Source: Octopus sinensis
Lineage: Eukaryota
NCBI RefSeq assembly: GCF_006345805.1
Contig: NC_043026.1
Coordinates: 3,410,001 to 3,474,000 of the forward strand
DNA: 64,000 nucleotides
Reading direction: 5' to 3'
The notes beneath the pieces were generated by a model. It was not told the origin of the DNA. It did no database searches and saw only the letters and a list, made by a program, of their open reading frames with translations. The translations under genes were made by a program, and so were the position numbers. The number at the start of each line of letters is the position of its first letter. The first letter of the stretch is position 1. Below, piece after piece: positions 12,976 through 25,304 of this stretch.

Positions 12976-13392
12976 CAAGTCAGAAGTAGTGCCATCGTCA
13001 AAGGCTAGGGGCCCACTAGGTGGGTTATTCAATGCTTGGTTGATTTCTGTTATTAATTGACAAGTCCCTTAACCCCTTCAGGGTTGTTAGGGTACTGCAG
13101 CCTTGCAGAGTATCTCGGGTGAAAAAGCCTGGTGGAGCTCATCCCTCTCCAAGCTAAAGTCATTTTTACAGCTGAGTGAACTGGGGCAACGTGAAATGAA
13201 GTGTTTTGCTCAAGAACACAATGGATTACCCAGTCCAGGGATTGAAACCACAATCTTATGGTCATGAATCCAACACCCTGACTACTAAGACACATGCCTC
13301 CACCGTGCACACATTTATGAATGAAAATACAGTTCTAAATACTGATTATTTGTTTAAACTGCAATGAATAACTATATAAATATCCAAGTATT

Positions 13393-13981
13393 TTCTGTTG
13401 TGTCTGGGGAGAGTCATTCTCTTTTAGTGCCTTATTATTTAACACACTCACTGGTAAAATTTCCACTTCTTTCTTATTTTTATTTTCCTAAAATTTTCTT
13501 TGAGTCTTGCAACCTTTCCAATAGTTTTGACTCTGTCCGTTATTTACACTGCGTTCCCTTTTGTTTGTTTGTGCGCATGTGTGTGGGTCAGTGGGTCAGT
13601 GTGTGCATGCCTATACATGCATGCATGTACGTATGTGTGTTTTTGCATGTGTATGTACGTATCCTGCATATTTATGTGCTTGCCTGTCCGTGTTTGTGTA
13701 TTTTCTATGTATGGATGTGTGTGTGAGCATGTGCTTGTATATATATACATCTGTGTGTGCATGTCTGTCTGTGTGTGTGTGTGTGTGTACCATGTTTGTA
13801 TGTGTGGATGTGCATCTTTATATGTGTGGTTCCGTGTCTGTTCATGTAGTCTGTATACTTATCCATCTGTATATTGATAAATAATAAGGCACAAAAAGAA
13901 AATGACTCTCCCCAGACACAACAGAACATGCTTCAACACACGAACTCATATAAAGAATCTTGCAAACCAAACCCAAAAACG
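13393..13981. mobile_element. MITE-like foldback element with (TG)n core
   Basis: ttctgttgtgtctggggagagtcattctc..gtgccttattatt (13393-13440) is inverted at ~13880-13927; flanked by the 15-bp direct repeat aaatatccaagtatt (13378-13392, 13982-13996). Confidence 0.65.
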
Positions 13982-15230
13982 AAATATCCAAGTATTCTTA
14001 ATTATTTCTCTTTATTAAAAATATCAAAATAGTAAATTAAGTTATTAATGTACACATATTGTGGTTATATAAAATGTAGTGTTGTTATCATACTGTTAAT
14101 GTCTTTCTTGTGTGAATACATTGATATATTCTTTCATCGAATGAAGTTTGGTATTGATATAGGCACAGGTCATGAATGGATGGTAAGAAGTTCGCTTCCG
14201 ATCATGTGGTTTTCTCCACTGCAAGTCATCATCATCATCATTTAACATTCATTTTCCATGCTGCCAGGAGTTGGTTGGTTGACAAGAGTTGATAAGGCCA
14301 GAGGACTGCACCAGCTCTGCTTTCACAGGATTTCTGTGGCTGGATGCCTTTCCTAAGGTGAACCACTCCACAGAGTGTACTGGGTGCCTTTTATGTGGCA
14401 CTAGCACCAGTATCAATTCTGCTGTGGTGGATGGATCAACAAGAGCCTTGGGTGAATTTGGCAAATGGAAAATGAAAGAAGCTTGTCATTTATAAATCTG
14501 CTTGAGAAGACCTGTCAAGCCAAGTGGAATTGTAGTTGTGGCCAATGCTGGTGTCATGTAACTGGTACTTGTGCCAGTGATACATAAAAAGCACCTTTCG
14601 AACTTTGGGCTTCACAGAGGCAGTGACAAGACCTTTGCCAACAGAGCATACTTGAGAAAACCTGTCAAGCCAAGTGAGATCCTAGTTGTGGTTGATGCAC
14701 AGTGCTGCCAATGACTCTACGTTCGTACAAAACTGTACGTTTTGGCCAAAATTTTGATGTGCTGTACGTTCAGGTGAATTTGCTGTATGCTTTAGTGATC
14801 TTGGCATTGTTTTTAAAATCCAGGCTTTGACCGATTGATTTTTTTACATGTGCGTTTGTGAGCTTAATAAAAATAAAAGTACGCCTGGTCTGCTTTTGCA
14901 AACACGTCTGCATGGACACACGCATTGACTAATGAGGTCAAGGGTGTCTGTAATTTTGGGTGATTGTATATACGTTACCACACCGTAGCTGTCATAACAC
15001 AAGTTTTCTCACAGGCTGAAGGTATGTGATTGTTTTTTTTGAAAATTTGATAAATTAGACTCAATTTTACAGCACTTATTTATACAAATCCACCGTATCT
15101 GCCTGAACCTGGATTTTAAATGGTATGTAATGTGTTTAATAATTTGATTAATTCAAATAAATCTTACAGATCTATTAACTGGAGCAAGAGATGAGTGATA
15201 GAACTTTGAAAACAGAACATTCCTCAGTTA

Positions 15231-17300
15231 ATGAACGTGAAGGCTAGATGGGCATCGTATGAAAGGAAACTTCTGCAAAAATTATTGTGTGATGAAAAAT
15301 TTTCTAGTTGGTTGGAGCGAGGCAAGAACGATACAACTAAAGGCAAATGCATATTATGCAAGCATGAAATTGCAGGTAGTTTGAGCCAAATTTTACGACA
15401 CGAGCAGAGAGAAAAACAAAGCAAGAATGCAAAGGAAGCAAAAAAGTCGACCAATTATTTCGAGGCCTCATCAATTTCTTCCCATTCCAAAAAGTAGCAG
15501 CTGCTGAATTAAAATATTGTGCATTTGTCGCTGAGCATATTCTCCCAATTTCTATTTTGGACCACTTACCTGGCCTTGTTTAAACACCTGTCCTGATTCT
15601 AAAATTGCCCAGGATGTAAAGTGTGCCTGAATGAAAGGTACATAAATCTTTCTTAAAGCCATTGGCCCCTACAGCTTCACACTTTATTAAAAAAACTTCA
15701 TTCATTAAAATTCTCACTCGTTATTGATGAAACAACTGATGTTTCAACTCTAAAAGCAACATGTCCTGGTTTCCAGATATTAAGATGTTGAAATTCAAAA
15801 GACAGTCAACGATTTTCTTACACTTATAGAAATACAGGATTGCAGTGCTACGGGTATATACAGCTGTCTTCTATCATTTTGAAACAAACAAGCTATTCCT
15901 CTGGAAAATTGATAGGTTTTGCCTGTGATAATGCAAATGTTATGATGGGAAGCAAAGGAGGTGTTCAGCACTTGTTGAAGCAGAACAGGGCAGATCTTTT
16001 CGTGCGAGCCTGTGTCTGTCATTCTTTACACTTGTGTTCATCAAACACGTGCAATGAATTACCGAATTCTGTTGAAGAATTGACAAGCATACTTTAGTCA
16101 CAGTCCTAAGCGTATCAATGAATTCAAAGATCTGCAGAAAATAGCTTCAATTGATCCTCACAAAGTCCTGCATGCAAGTTGCACTAGATGGCTGTCTCCC
16201 AAGAAAGTTGCGCAGTGCATTTTAGAGCAGTGGCCAACACTGCTGGCATATTTCGCACAAGTAACATTAGAGGGTGGGTGTCCAATTACGGCTCGACGAA
16301 TTCTCACTGAAATGAAGAATCCTCTTACAAATATGTATTTAGCATTCCTCTCTTTCATTTTAAATGACGTTAACAAACTAAACCTGGAATTCCAGGCCGA
16401 AGGCTATCGGATGCATAAGCTTAAAAGAGCCATCAACGCTGGAATGAAGGGAATTTTGAGCAATTTCATCAGACCTGACTTACTTTCTGTCATCAATGTG
16501 TGTGAGATTAATGTCAACGATGCAACGACATCCCAACCATTAGATTGTATCTACTTTGGCACTGGAGCTGAGAGAATTTTATACGAAAATGCTACCACCA
16601 TTGCCCTTGACGAATTGTTGGCACCGACAGGATATACGATTCTTTGTTAGTCTTTCAAATCAAATGCTTGTGCAGTTTTCATCTTGTGATATGCAGAACA
16701 ATTTGGGATTACTAGAGGTGTTGGAACCAACCAACCGTAACTGAAGGAAGACCAAGGTCAATTATACCACTTATCATGTGCTTCCCAAGTTTTTGTGATG
16801 AAAAAGATTTCGAAGAAATTATTCAGGAATGGTTCAACGTTCTTTCATCCCATATAATGAAGCAGAAAAATTTTGGTTTGCTGTTTCACAAGAGAAATGT
16901 GGTGATGAGTACTGCTACCCCCTGTTGCCATTCTTTATGCTCAGTCTTCTTTCTTTACCAGACTCCTCTGCATCGCCAGAAAGAATTTTCGCTGTTTTCC
17001 ACAATATCAAAACTAAAAGTCAAAATCACTTGAAAACTTCATCGCTTAACCCTTTAGTGTTGCATTATTCTGCCAAAATTAATCCTTTTTTACCCACATT
17101 GTTTTGAACTAATCATGCATTATCTTGTAACTATGAGATTTTGAAGAGGTAGCTGCTAATTTTTAAAACGATATTGTAGGGCTGGTGTGAGAGACCAGAT
17201 CTGGCCACATTGAACATAAAACAGGCAGAATACTTTTGGCCGGATATGGCCGGTTTAAATGCTAAAGGGTTAATGCTCTTTTGAGGTCAAAAACTTTGTT
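15231..17300 (+). pseudogene. hAT transposase pseudogene (BED-like finger, DDE, C-terminal dimerisation region)
   Basis: KCILCKHEI..ILRH (BED-like), FSLVIDETTDVST, IGFACDNANVMMG, CVCHSLHLC (CxxH), SSASPERIF; many stops and frameshifts. Confidence 0.85.
17050..17269. mobile_element. piggyBac-type MITE nested in the hAT transposase
   Basis: TTAA|CCCTTTAG...CTAAAGGG|TTAA (TSD 17046-17049 and 17270-17273); removing it restores the reading KTSSLNALLRSK. Confidence 0.9.
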
Positions 17301-18070
17301 ACAAAATACCGATTGTACGATGTGGGAGACTGATGAACAACTTTGTAAAACATTATTTGAAAATAATTGATACAACAGAGAAACTCCCCACGAAGACGAT
17401 TTTTCTTTTTGATGTCCAAACATTCAACGTTTCAATAAATGTTTTCCAAATCAAAAAAAATGTATAAAAAGTTCGTTTTGACTGTATTTGGGGGCTTCAG
17501 TAAAATTCTGTACGTTTTGAAAAAAACCTTGGCAGCACTGTTGATGCCAGAGTTTCATAACTGGCAGATAAAATGTACCCATTATACTCTTGGAGTGGTT
17601 GACATTAAGAAAAGCATTCAGCTGTAGAAACCATGCCAAGATAGACTGGAACCTGGTGCAGCTCCCCAGTTTTCAAACTGTCCAACCCATGCCAGCATGG
17701 AAAATAGACATTAAATGATGATATGTGTGTTGCTTACATTCGTGCTCTATGGCAGTCACTATATGTGATGTTCTTGTCACCTGTCAACAACTTGAGGGCT
17801 TATTTGGTACCTTTCTAGGCTTGTTAAATAAAAGATCTCTTCCTTGAAAAACAGTTAATGATTAGTAACAAGAACAGCATTCAGATGTAAAACAAAGCAT
17901 TAATATGTTTATTTAACCCAGGTAAGCAGAAAGAAAATCAAAATAAAATGAAATGGATAGTTACACTTTAGTAGGAATACATGTATGTGCCGTCGTGTGT
18001 TTTGAGAGAATGATTTACCATGTGCTTATTTATGTAGCTTCACTCCTGTACAAATGCATTTATGTGTTGT

Positions 18071-19627
18071 TCAGATTGTGATGGGTTTCTCTCCTGTATG
18101 AATACACTTATGTTTTGCTAAGGCACCATTTTGAGTGAATGATTTACCACAAATGTCACAGTGATATGGTTTATGCCCTGTGTGTGTATGTTTGTGAGTA
18201 ATTAAGTTACCTTTCTTAGAAAATGATTTATCACAGACATCACATTGAAATGGTTTATCCCCTGTATGAATGTGCTTGTGATTGGTTAAGTGGTGATTTA
18301 GAGAGAATGATTTGCCACAGATATCACATTGATATGGTTTCTCACCTGTATGGATGTGTTTGTGTGTAATTAAGGTACTTTTCTGAGAGAATGATTTACT
18401 GCAGATATCACAGTGATATGGTTTATCTCCTGTATGAATGTGTTTGTGGGCAGTTAAGTGCTGATTTAGAGAGAAGGATTTACCACAGATATCACATTGA
18501 TATGGTTTATCTCCTGTATGAACAAGTTTGTGTGTAGTTAAGCTACCTTTCTGAGAGAATGATTTACCACAGATATCACAGTGATATGGCTTCTCTCCTG
18601 TATGAATTCGTTTATGAGTAGTTAAGTTATCACTTTTATAGAAAGATTTACCACAGATATCACAGTAATATCGTTTGTCATTTGAATGAATGAGTTTGTG
18701 AGAAGATAAGTTATATATTTGAGAGAATGATTTACCACAGATATCACAGTGATATGGTTTCTCTGCTATATGAATGTGTTTGTGTAATGTTAAGTTACTT
18801 TTCTTAGAGAATGATTTACCACAGATATCACAGTGATATGGTTTTGGCTTGCCTCCTGTATGAGTGTATTTGTGTGTTGTTAAGTTACTCTTCTGAGAGA
18901 ATGATTTACCACAGATATCACAGCAGTGGGGTCTAGGATTATGTCCTGTATGAATGTATAAGTGTGTAGTCAAATTACTTTTCTGAGAGAATGATTTGCC
19001 ACAGATATCACAGTGGTGTGGTTTTGCATTCTGTCCTGTATGAATGTATAAGTGTGTAGTTAAGTTACTTTTCTGAGAGAATGATTTGCCACAAACATCA
19101 CAATGATATGGCTTCTCTCCTGTATGAATACGTTTGTGTCTATTTAAGTCATCATTTTGAGAGAATGATTTACCACAGATATCACAGTGATATGGCTTCT
19201 CCCCTGTATGAATACGCTTGTGAGTAATTAAATTATATACTTGAGAGAAGGATTTACCACAGATATCACAGTCATATGGTTTCTCTCCAGTATGAATACG
19301 TTTGTGTGTAGTTAAGTTACTTTTCTGAAAGAATGATTTACCACAGATATCACAGTGATATGTCCTTTTTTGTGTATGAATACGTTTGTGTTTAGACAAT
19401 TGATTACTTCGAGAGAATGATTTACCACAGATCGCACAGTGATATGGTTTCTTCCCTGTGTGAGTATGTTCATGAGCAGTTTGCTTACTTTTTAAAGTGA
19501 ACGACTTCTTACAGATGTCACAGTAGTATGATGTTTTACCAACATCTTTTGATATCTCATCAATAAATCGAATCATTCTAGACTGTGTTTCCGATTTAAC
19601 ATTGTCCTCCCACAATTCAATTTCCAT
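18071..19627 (-). CDS. C2H2 zinc-finger protein, 17 tandem fingers, 518 aa, no KRAB/BTB domain visible
   Basis: Uninterrupted ORF with [19 protein letters not shown] repeats; first ATG at 19627 ([13 protein letters not shown]); the listed ORF start at 19699 is a TTG. Confidence 0.93.
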   Translation of the reverse strand: MEIELWEDNVKSETQSRMIRFIDEISKDVGKTSYYCDICKKSFTLKSKQTAHEHTHTGKKPYHCAICGKSFSRSNQLSKHKRIHTQKRTYHCDICGKSFFQKSNLTTHKRIHTGEKPYDCDICGKSFSQVYNLITHKRIHTGEKPYHCDICGKSFSQNDDLNRHKRIHTGEKPYHCDVCGKSFSQKSNLTTHLYIHTGQNAKPHHCDICGKSFSQKSNLTTHLYIHTGHNPRPHCCDICGKSFSQKSNLTTHKYTHTGGKPKPYHCDICGKSFSKKSNLTLHKHIHIAEKPYHCDICGKSFSQIYNLSSHKLIHSNDKRYYCDICGKSFYKSDNLTTHKRIHTGEKPYHCDICGKSFSQKGSLTTHKLVHTGDKPYQCDICGKSFSLNQHLTAHKHIHTGDKPYHCDICSKSFSQKSTLITHKHIHTGEKPYQCDICGKSFSLNHHLTNHKHIHTGDKPFQCDVCDKSFSKKGNLITHKHTHTGHKPYHCDICGKSFTQNGALAKHKCIHTGEKPITI

Positions 19628-19971
19628 ATCTTTTCTTGTTTCAACACAAGATGCAGAGGCTATTCTTCTTTTTAATTTTAATTTTCTTATTCTCAGCAAA
19701 TACTTCCACTGCTACATCAACCATGATCTTAGTCAATATCTGAAGATACTGCAAACTCATTTGCAATCAAGTTTAATTACAATGTAAAAATCATCTTGTA
19801 ACATTTTGCAGACTGCAAAAATTTTGCTAAGTCAGAGGAAATATTTCCCAGTAACAAACACAGTTGTTTTACTTCAGCATCACATTTTCCATTAATTTTA
19901 GCAGATGATAAATAATGATGATCTATCCAAGGTGAAGAAGATATTCTTGAATTCCAATGTCAAATGATAAT

Positions 19972-19990
19972 CTGAAATAACAGAGAGACA
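19972..19990 (-). promoter_or_regulatory. Candidate 3' splice acceptor of the ZNF coding exon (exon would start at 19971)
   Basis: Minus strand tctctctgttatttcag|att: pyrimidine tract plus CAG, ~345 nt upstream of the ATG. Confidence 0.45.
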
Positions 19991-21688
19991 GTATAAGCCA
20001 TAGAAGATACTTAGAAATTAAGATTCAACATTTTTCTATGTTTTATGTTTTACTAGATTCAATCTAGTAAATTATGGCTGCAGCCATGCTGGAGCACCAC
20101 CTTGAAGAAATGTTTTAGTCAAATGTATTGACTCCCGTACTTAGTTTTTTAAAGCTTGGTACTTAGTCTATCTCTTTTTAGTCAAACCTCTAATTTACAG
20201 GAATGTAAACAAACCAGCACCAGTTGTGTCAAACAATGGTGGTGGTGGTGGTGGTGGTGGGTGGACAAACACAGACACAAAAACACACAATCATCATCAG
20301 TGTTTAACATCCATTTTCCATACTGGCATGGGTTGGATGGTTTGACATGGAACTGACCAGCAGGGGTCAGCTGTCCAGACTCCAGACATCTGATTGTGAC
20401 ATGGATGCCCTTTCCAACACCAACCACTTCACAGAGTACGCTCAATGTTTTTTTTCTTTTATGTGCCACCAACAGAGGTGCGTTTATGCACCACTAGCAC
20501 AGGTGCATATTACTTGGCTCTGCTACCTGCAAAGGACAAGCCTGTATGTATGGATGACTGCGATTTTACTTAGCTTGATGCACCTTCTCAAGTAAAGCAA
20601 ATCATCACAACACCTTGTCCCTTGTCATTTCCTCAGTGAGGCCCAGCATCTGAAGATCCTTCCTCACCACTTCCTGGGTCTACCCCTTCTGCAGGTTCCC
20701 GCCACAATTAGAGCTCAGCACTTCTTCACACGGCAGCTGCATGGGCTTCTTCCAGCTTCTGTCAAACAAATCCACTCAAAAGGCTTTGGTTGGTCCAAGG
20801 CTATAGGAGAAGGCACTTGCCCAGGGTTGCAGGCTGAACACCAAACATGAATCAGCATAGGATAAAAAGTTACCTTCTGAGGCACAAGTCTGGGCAAGGT
20901 TGTTTTATGAAAAACCAGCAGTCACCTAGGCATATCAGCTTACCCTCTCTACGCCACTGATGTTATCCAAGAGAAAGGCAAAGGGGCCGATACAGCTTGG
21001 CACCAGTGACATCACAACTCATTTCTACAGCTGAGTGAACTGCAGCAACAGGAAATAAAATGTCTTGCTCAAGAACACAACACACTGCCCAGACCAGAAA
21101 TTGAACTCACTACCTCATGATTGTGAGCCCAACACTCTAACCATTGAACCATGCACTTCCACTTACCATAGCTGTACTTTTAAATGTTATCAAAATTACA
21201 TCATACAACTTTTATGTGAGGTCTATGTACTTACTGACCTTCACATTGTGTAAAATGTTTGTGTTAAAGTACAAAATAGAGGACAGTAACATTCTTCTTT
21301 CTCCAGAAATGTCATTCATCATTGCTTGGTTGTCGCTGTTGTCCAAGATCTCAAGTGACTTTGGAATTGTTGGAACTATTGTTTAACTGAAACTCCATCG
21401 CTTACGATGACGAGGGTTCCAGTTGATCCGATCAACAGAACAGCTTGCTCACGAGAATAATGCGCAAGTGGCTGAGTACTCCATAGACATGCATACCCCT
21501 TCACATACTTCTCAGGGAGATTCAGCATGACACAGTGTGACAAGGCTGGCCCCTTTACCAGCTGAGTGAACTGGAGCCCCATGAAATAAAGTGTCTTGCT
21601 TTAATATGTATATAAATAATTATCAAAGTTGGGAGGTTAGTCCAGGTAGTTATAAAGTAATGGTGTAACTAGGAACTTTCTCTTAAAC

Positions 21689-21792
21689 TCCCTGATGAAG
21701 CTGTTTTACTAAATAGATTGTATGATTAATCATTTAATTATATAATTATAAATGGATATGCTCTTGGTACATCAGTTGAAACATATGTCGGA
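21689..21792 (+). ncRNA. Type I hammerhead ribozyme motif in a Penelope-like pLTR remnant
   Basis: Stem I tcc/gga; core CTGATGA 21692-21698; stem II agctg/cagtt with ~70-nt insert; GAAAC 21778-21782; palindromic stem III acatatgt; GTC at 21787-21789. Confidence 0.7.
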
Positions 21793-22419
21793 TGTTTCAT
21801 TTATTAATCTCTCTGTTTTATGGATCTTATAGATATAAAAATAGATAATATACCACTTCCCATTGTTAACTTTGTTTTATATATGTGTGTGTATATATAC
21901 ATACACACACACACGCACGAACAAAGAGTGTCAGGGAATTTGAGAAGACTCAATGGTACAAGTACTAAGGAGAGGCCAATTCCTCTTTGCAAAGACAGAG
22001 GAAAACCGTTCCATTGGTGTATAGTTTCACTTAACACAGTTAAAATTTCTTACAAACATGGCATGCTTTGGTTGGTCTCTGATAAGGAATACTTAGATTA
22101 AGGTCAAAAGACCGAAAGTCTTAACAAGGAGAAATGACAGGTTCTTCTGATGTCCACAGAGTGATACACATTAAGTTTCTAGCAACAGTGTTTAGTTGTA
22201 GTGAGTAATGAAGGTCATGTCATATCACCTCACATCTTTCCACAGGGTCTTAGAATTAATACTGCAGGATACATCTTGGTGTTGGATGAACAAAGTATGC
22301 AGTGGAATGCTATACATGTTTAACCAATACTCAGTGCCTTCTTACAAAGCCCGCATAACCCAAGAGTGGATATCAGGCCATCTTTACAATAATTTAACAT
22401 CAACTGTTTGTTGCATATA

Positions 22420-23230
22420 TTAATGACATAGATGCCAACTTGAAGAAGGTTACAGTATTGAAATAGGCAGATGACATCAAGCTGTACCTTGAGATGAAAA
22501 GAACAGATCCTATATGCGAGAGAGCTTACCTGCAATTAGACCTGAATGCAATGCAGCAATGGATTACTGACGGGCAACTCTGTGGACAAGTGCACCGCCA
22601 TGCACTTTGGGAGGAAAAACCCATCTTAAGAGGTTTGTTGGTGAACGTGATCTGGGTATTATTGTAAACAGCGATCTGCGTTGGACAAACCACATCCCTA
22701 AAATTGTCAAGATGTCTGAGGGTGTCTTAGCATCACTCAGTAAGACCTTTGTCCGCAACTCTCCAGCTGCCTGTTTAAAACTGTATACGACTATGGCCTG
22801 TCCAGGGTTTGCATCACCAGTCTGGAAATCCTATCTTGCTCAGCATATCATTCTGCTGGGAACTGTTCAGAAACCTGCAAACCAACAGATGTCTGATGTC
22901 AGGTATCTACCATACCCTGAACGTCTTGCTTCCCTGAGCATGGACATATTAAAGTTTAGACGTCTGGCAACTGGGTTGGCAGATATCCACAAGATTATCC
23001 ACCATCTCTCCAACAACCTTGGGCACTTTTTTGAAATTCAAGTCTAGCTCTCATGAGTAAGCTTACAAAATCACTCAGCAACACAATACCCATGACTTTT
23101 GGAAACATATTTTCACACTCAGAATTGCTGAAGCATGGAATAAACTATCCAAATCAGTTGTTAGCTGTCGACACACTACAATCCTTCCAAATTTCCATGC
23201 TTCCTAAAATTCACCAACTGCAGACCTAAT
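22420..23230 (+). mobile_element. CR1/L2-type LINE, RT C-terminal region and 3' tail, degenerate
   Basis: ADDIKL, ERDLGIIVNSDLRWTNHI, KLYTTM..P..ASPVW, YLPYPERLASL; tail matches 41060-41270. Confidence 0.85.
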
Positions 23231-23231
23231 A

Positions 23232-23640
23232 CTATTTACTATTTTACTATTTTACTTGTTTCAGTCATGTGACTGCGGCCATGCTGGAGCACCGCCTTTA
23301 GTCGAGCAAATCGACCCCGGGACTTATTCTTTGTAAGCCCAGTACTTATTCTATCGGTCTGTTTTTTGCCAAACTGCTAAGTGACGGGGACGTAAACACA
23401 CCAGCATCAGTTGTCAAGCAATGCTAGGGGGACAAACACAGACACACAAACACACACATATATATATACATATATACGACAGGCTTCTTTCAGTTTCCGT
23501 CTACCAAATCCACTCACAAGGCATTGGTTGGCCCGGAGCTATAGCAGAAGACACTTGCCCAAGATGCCACGCAGTGGGACTGAACCCGGAACCATGTGGT
23601 TGGTAAGCAAGCTACTTACCACACAGCCACTCCTGCGCCT
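23232..23640 (-). mobile_element. Full-length dominant SINE (tRNA head, internal TA/CA microsatellite, conserved 3' half)
   Basis: Near-identical to copies at 25872-26302(-), 33871-34312(+), 48478-48882(-); diverged copies at ~26700-27105 and ~62860-63180. Confidence 0.9.
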
Positions 23641-23764
23641 AATGCCACCACTTCTTTTTTTTTTTTTGTAGTGTACACGAGCACTGTATATAACAATTTC
23701 ATTATTATTATTATTATTTTTTAAATTCTGGCTGTCAAACTTGTCAGACTTAAACCCAATGGAC

Positions 23765-24335
23765 AACTGTAGGTACTCGTCGCGTAGACTGGACCCGGTG
23801 CACGCAGACGCGCAAGCCAGTCGTAGCCCGTCGATCCTACAGCGACTTGCATATGCAAATGAGCTGATTGGCGCAACACTGCAAAAACTAAGTTAATAGC
23901 GAGCCCCTACTGGAGCTTAGGAAATATTTTTCAACGATATACGGTGTGTATTATTTTAAAGACAAGTGCGTTTTTTTTTTCGTTACAAAACAATTAGAAG
24001 CATTGAAAAACATTTTTTTTTCAAAGTAGACCACTACAGGCGACAATTCACTTGTTTCCTTTGAATAGTATATTTGGAGCATTGAAAGGAAAACTAATAA
24101 GTAACCTTACAATACTATAGTTTCACTGAAGGTTGCGGTACTACTAGCGAACAGTGGTCCCGGTGCGTGCCAGTTAGTCATGACTAGTCGATCCTTACTT
24201 TGTTTAAAAAATCATTTATTTTGTGTTTTATTTACTTTGCTAGGTAGTCGTTGTAGGATCGACTACTCACGACTAGCTGGCACGGATGCGCGACTGCGCG
24301 CACCAGGGATCACTGTTCGCTTGTAGTACCGAAGG
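23765..24335. repeat. Old MITE-like element: three copies of a ~80-bp GC-rich motif (two direct, one inverted)
   Basis: ggtact..ggtgc..gccag..gtcgatcct at ~23770 and ~24136; inverted at ~24245-24330. Confidence 0.55.
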
Positions 24336-24496
24336 TTGCTATTGTCCAGACAATGTCCAAATTAGATATTATCTGGATAATGTAAATCAACCAACTTTGG
24401 AAATACGGTCTGTTCCCTCAATACAGAGAACAGCGCAATCCAAGATTTCGGAAAAATTGATAATAGATCTGGTACTGTTTACCGTTAGACGATGAT

Positions 24497-24551
<55 letters not shown>

Positions 24552-25016
24552 GGCATAGCGCGAGCGATTCTAATTAACTTAGATGAAAATATTTTAATAT
24601 TATTATTTTAAAATATCCTTACCTTAGAAGTTAAATTTTCAATTAATTAGTAACACAAAATAAAAACAGTTTGAGATTATAAGATTTATGCAACGGAGAA
24701 TTTCTGCACGGATTTCGCGGCGCAAAACGTGAACATGGGTCAGCGAAAAGCAAATCAATGTCACGACGCATGCGTATTTAATATATAACGTATGTAAGGG
24801 GAAACAACTCACTGGTTTTTTTAAAAATTAAATTCTTGTTGTTGGATGTTGTTGGTTGTCCTCCCAGAATCCGTTTCCAAAACACGTGGAGATTTTCTAA
24901 ATAACAATGTAAATAAAACAACAATGTGTTCATAGCCATCGTTAGATACGTATCTGACATTCATTAGTTTATTGAGAGATAATATGGTTTACTGCTAGTT
25001 TTCCCACTGTGTATGG

Positions 25017-25195
25017 CAGTGCTTTTCAACCTTTTTGCTGGAGCGGAACCCCAAGGAAACACTCCGCTGGCCCGAGGAACCCCTGTGCAATAATTCAATA
25101 GTCTTATGCACACATATCTGCACAGGAGAATTAAAAATTACTGCCGATTTTAGCAGTTTTGTAACTTCTTGCGGAACCCTGGTTGAAAACCACTG
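25017..25195. mobile_element. hAT-type MITE; second, truncated copy 25501-~25668
   Basis: TIRs cagtgcttttcaacc / ggttgaaaaccactg; internal sequence nearly identical between the two copies. Confidence 0.85.
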
Positions 25196-25199
25196 ATAT

Positions 25200-25253
<54 letters not shown>

Positions 25254-25304
25254 ATACTAAGCAATAAAGGGTTTAGCAACGAATTGCCTTACCACATACC
25301 GAAT

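Larger units (their letters stand above)
14700..17540 (+). mobile_element. hAT DNA transposon, full length, decayed
   Basis: 12-bp TIRs CAGTGCTGCCAA / TTGGCAGCACTG; 8-bp TSD ttgatgca / ttgatgcc (7/8 match); inserted into an RTE tail repeat. Confidence 0.92.
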
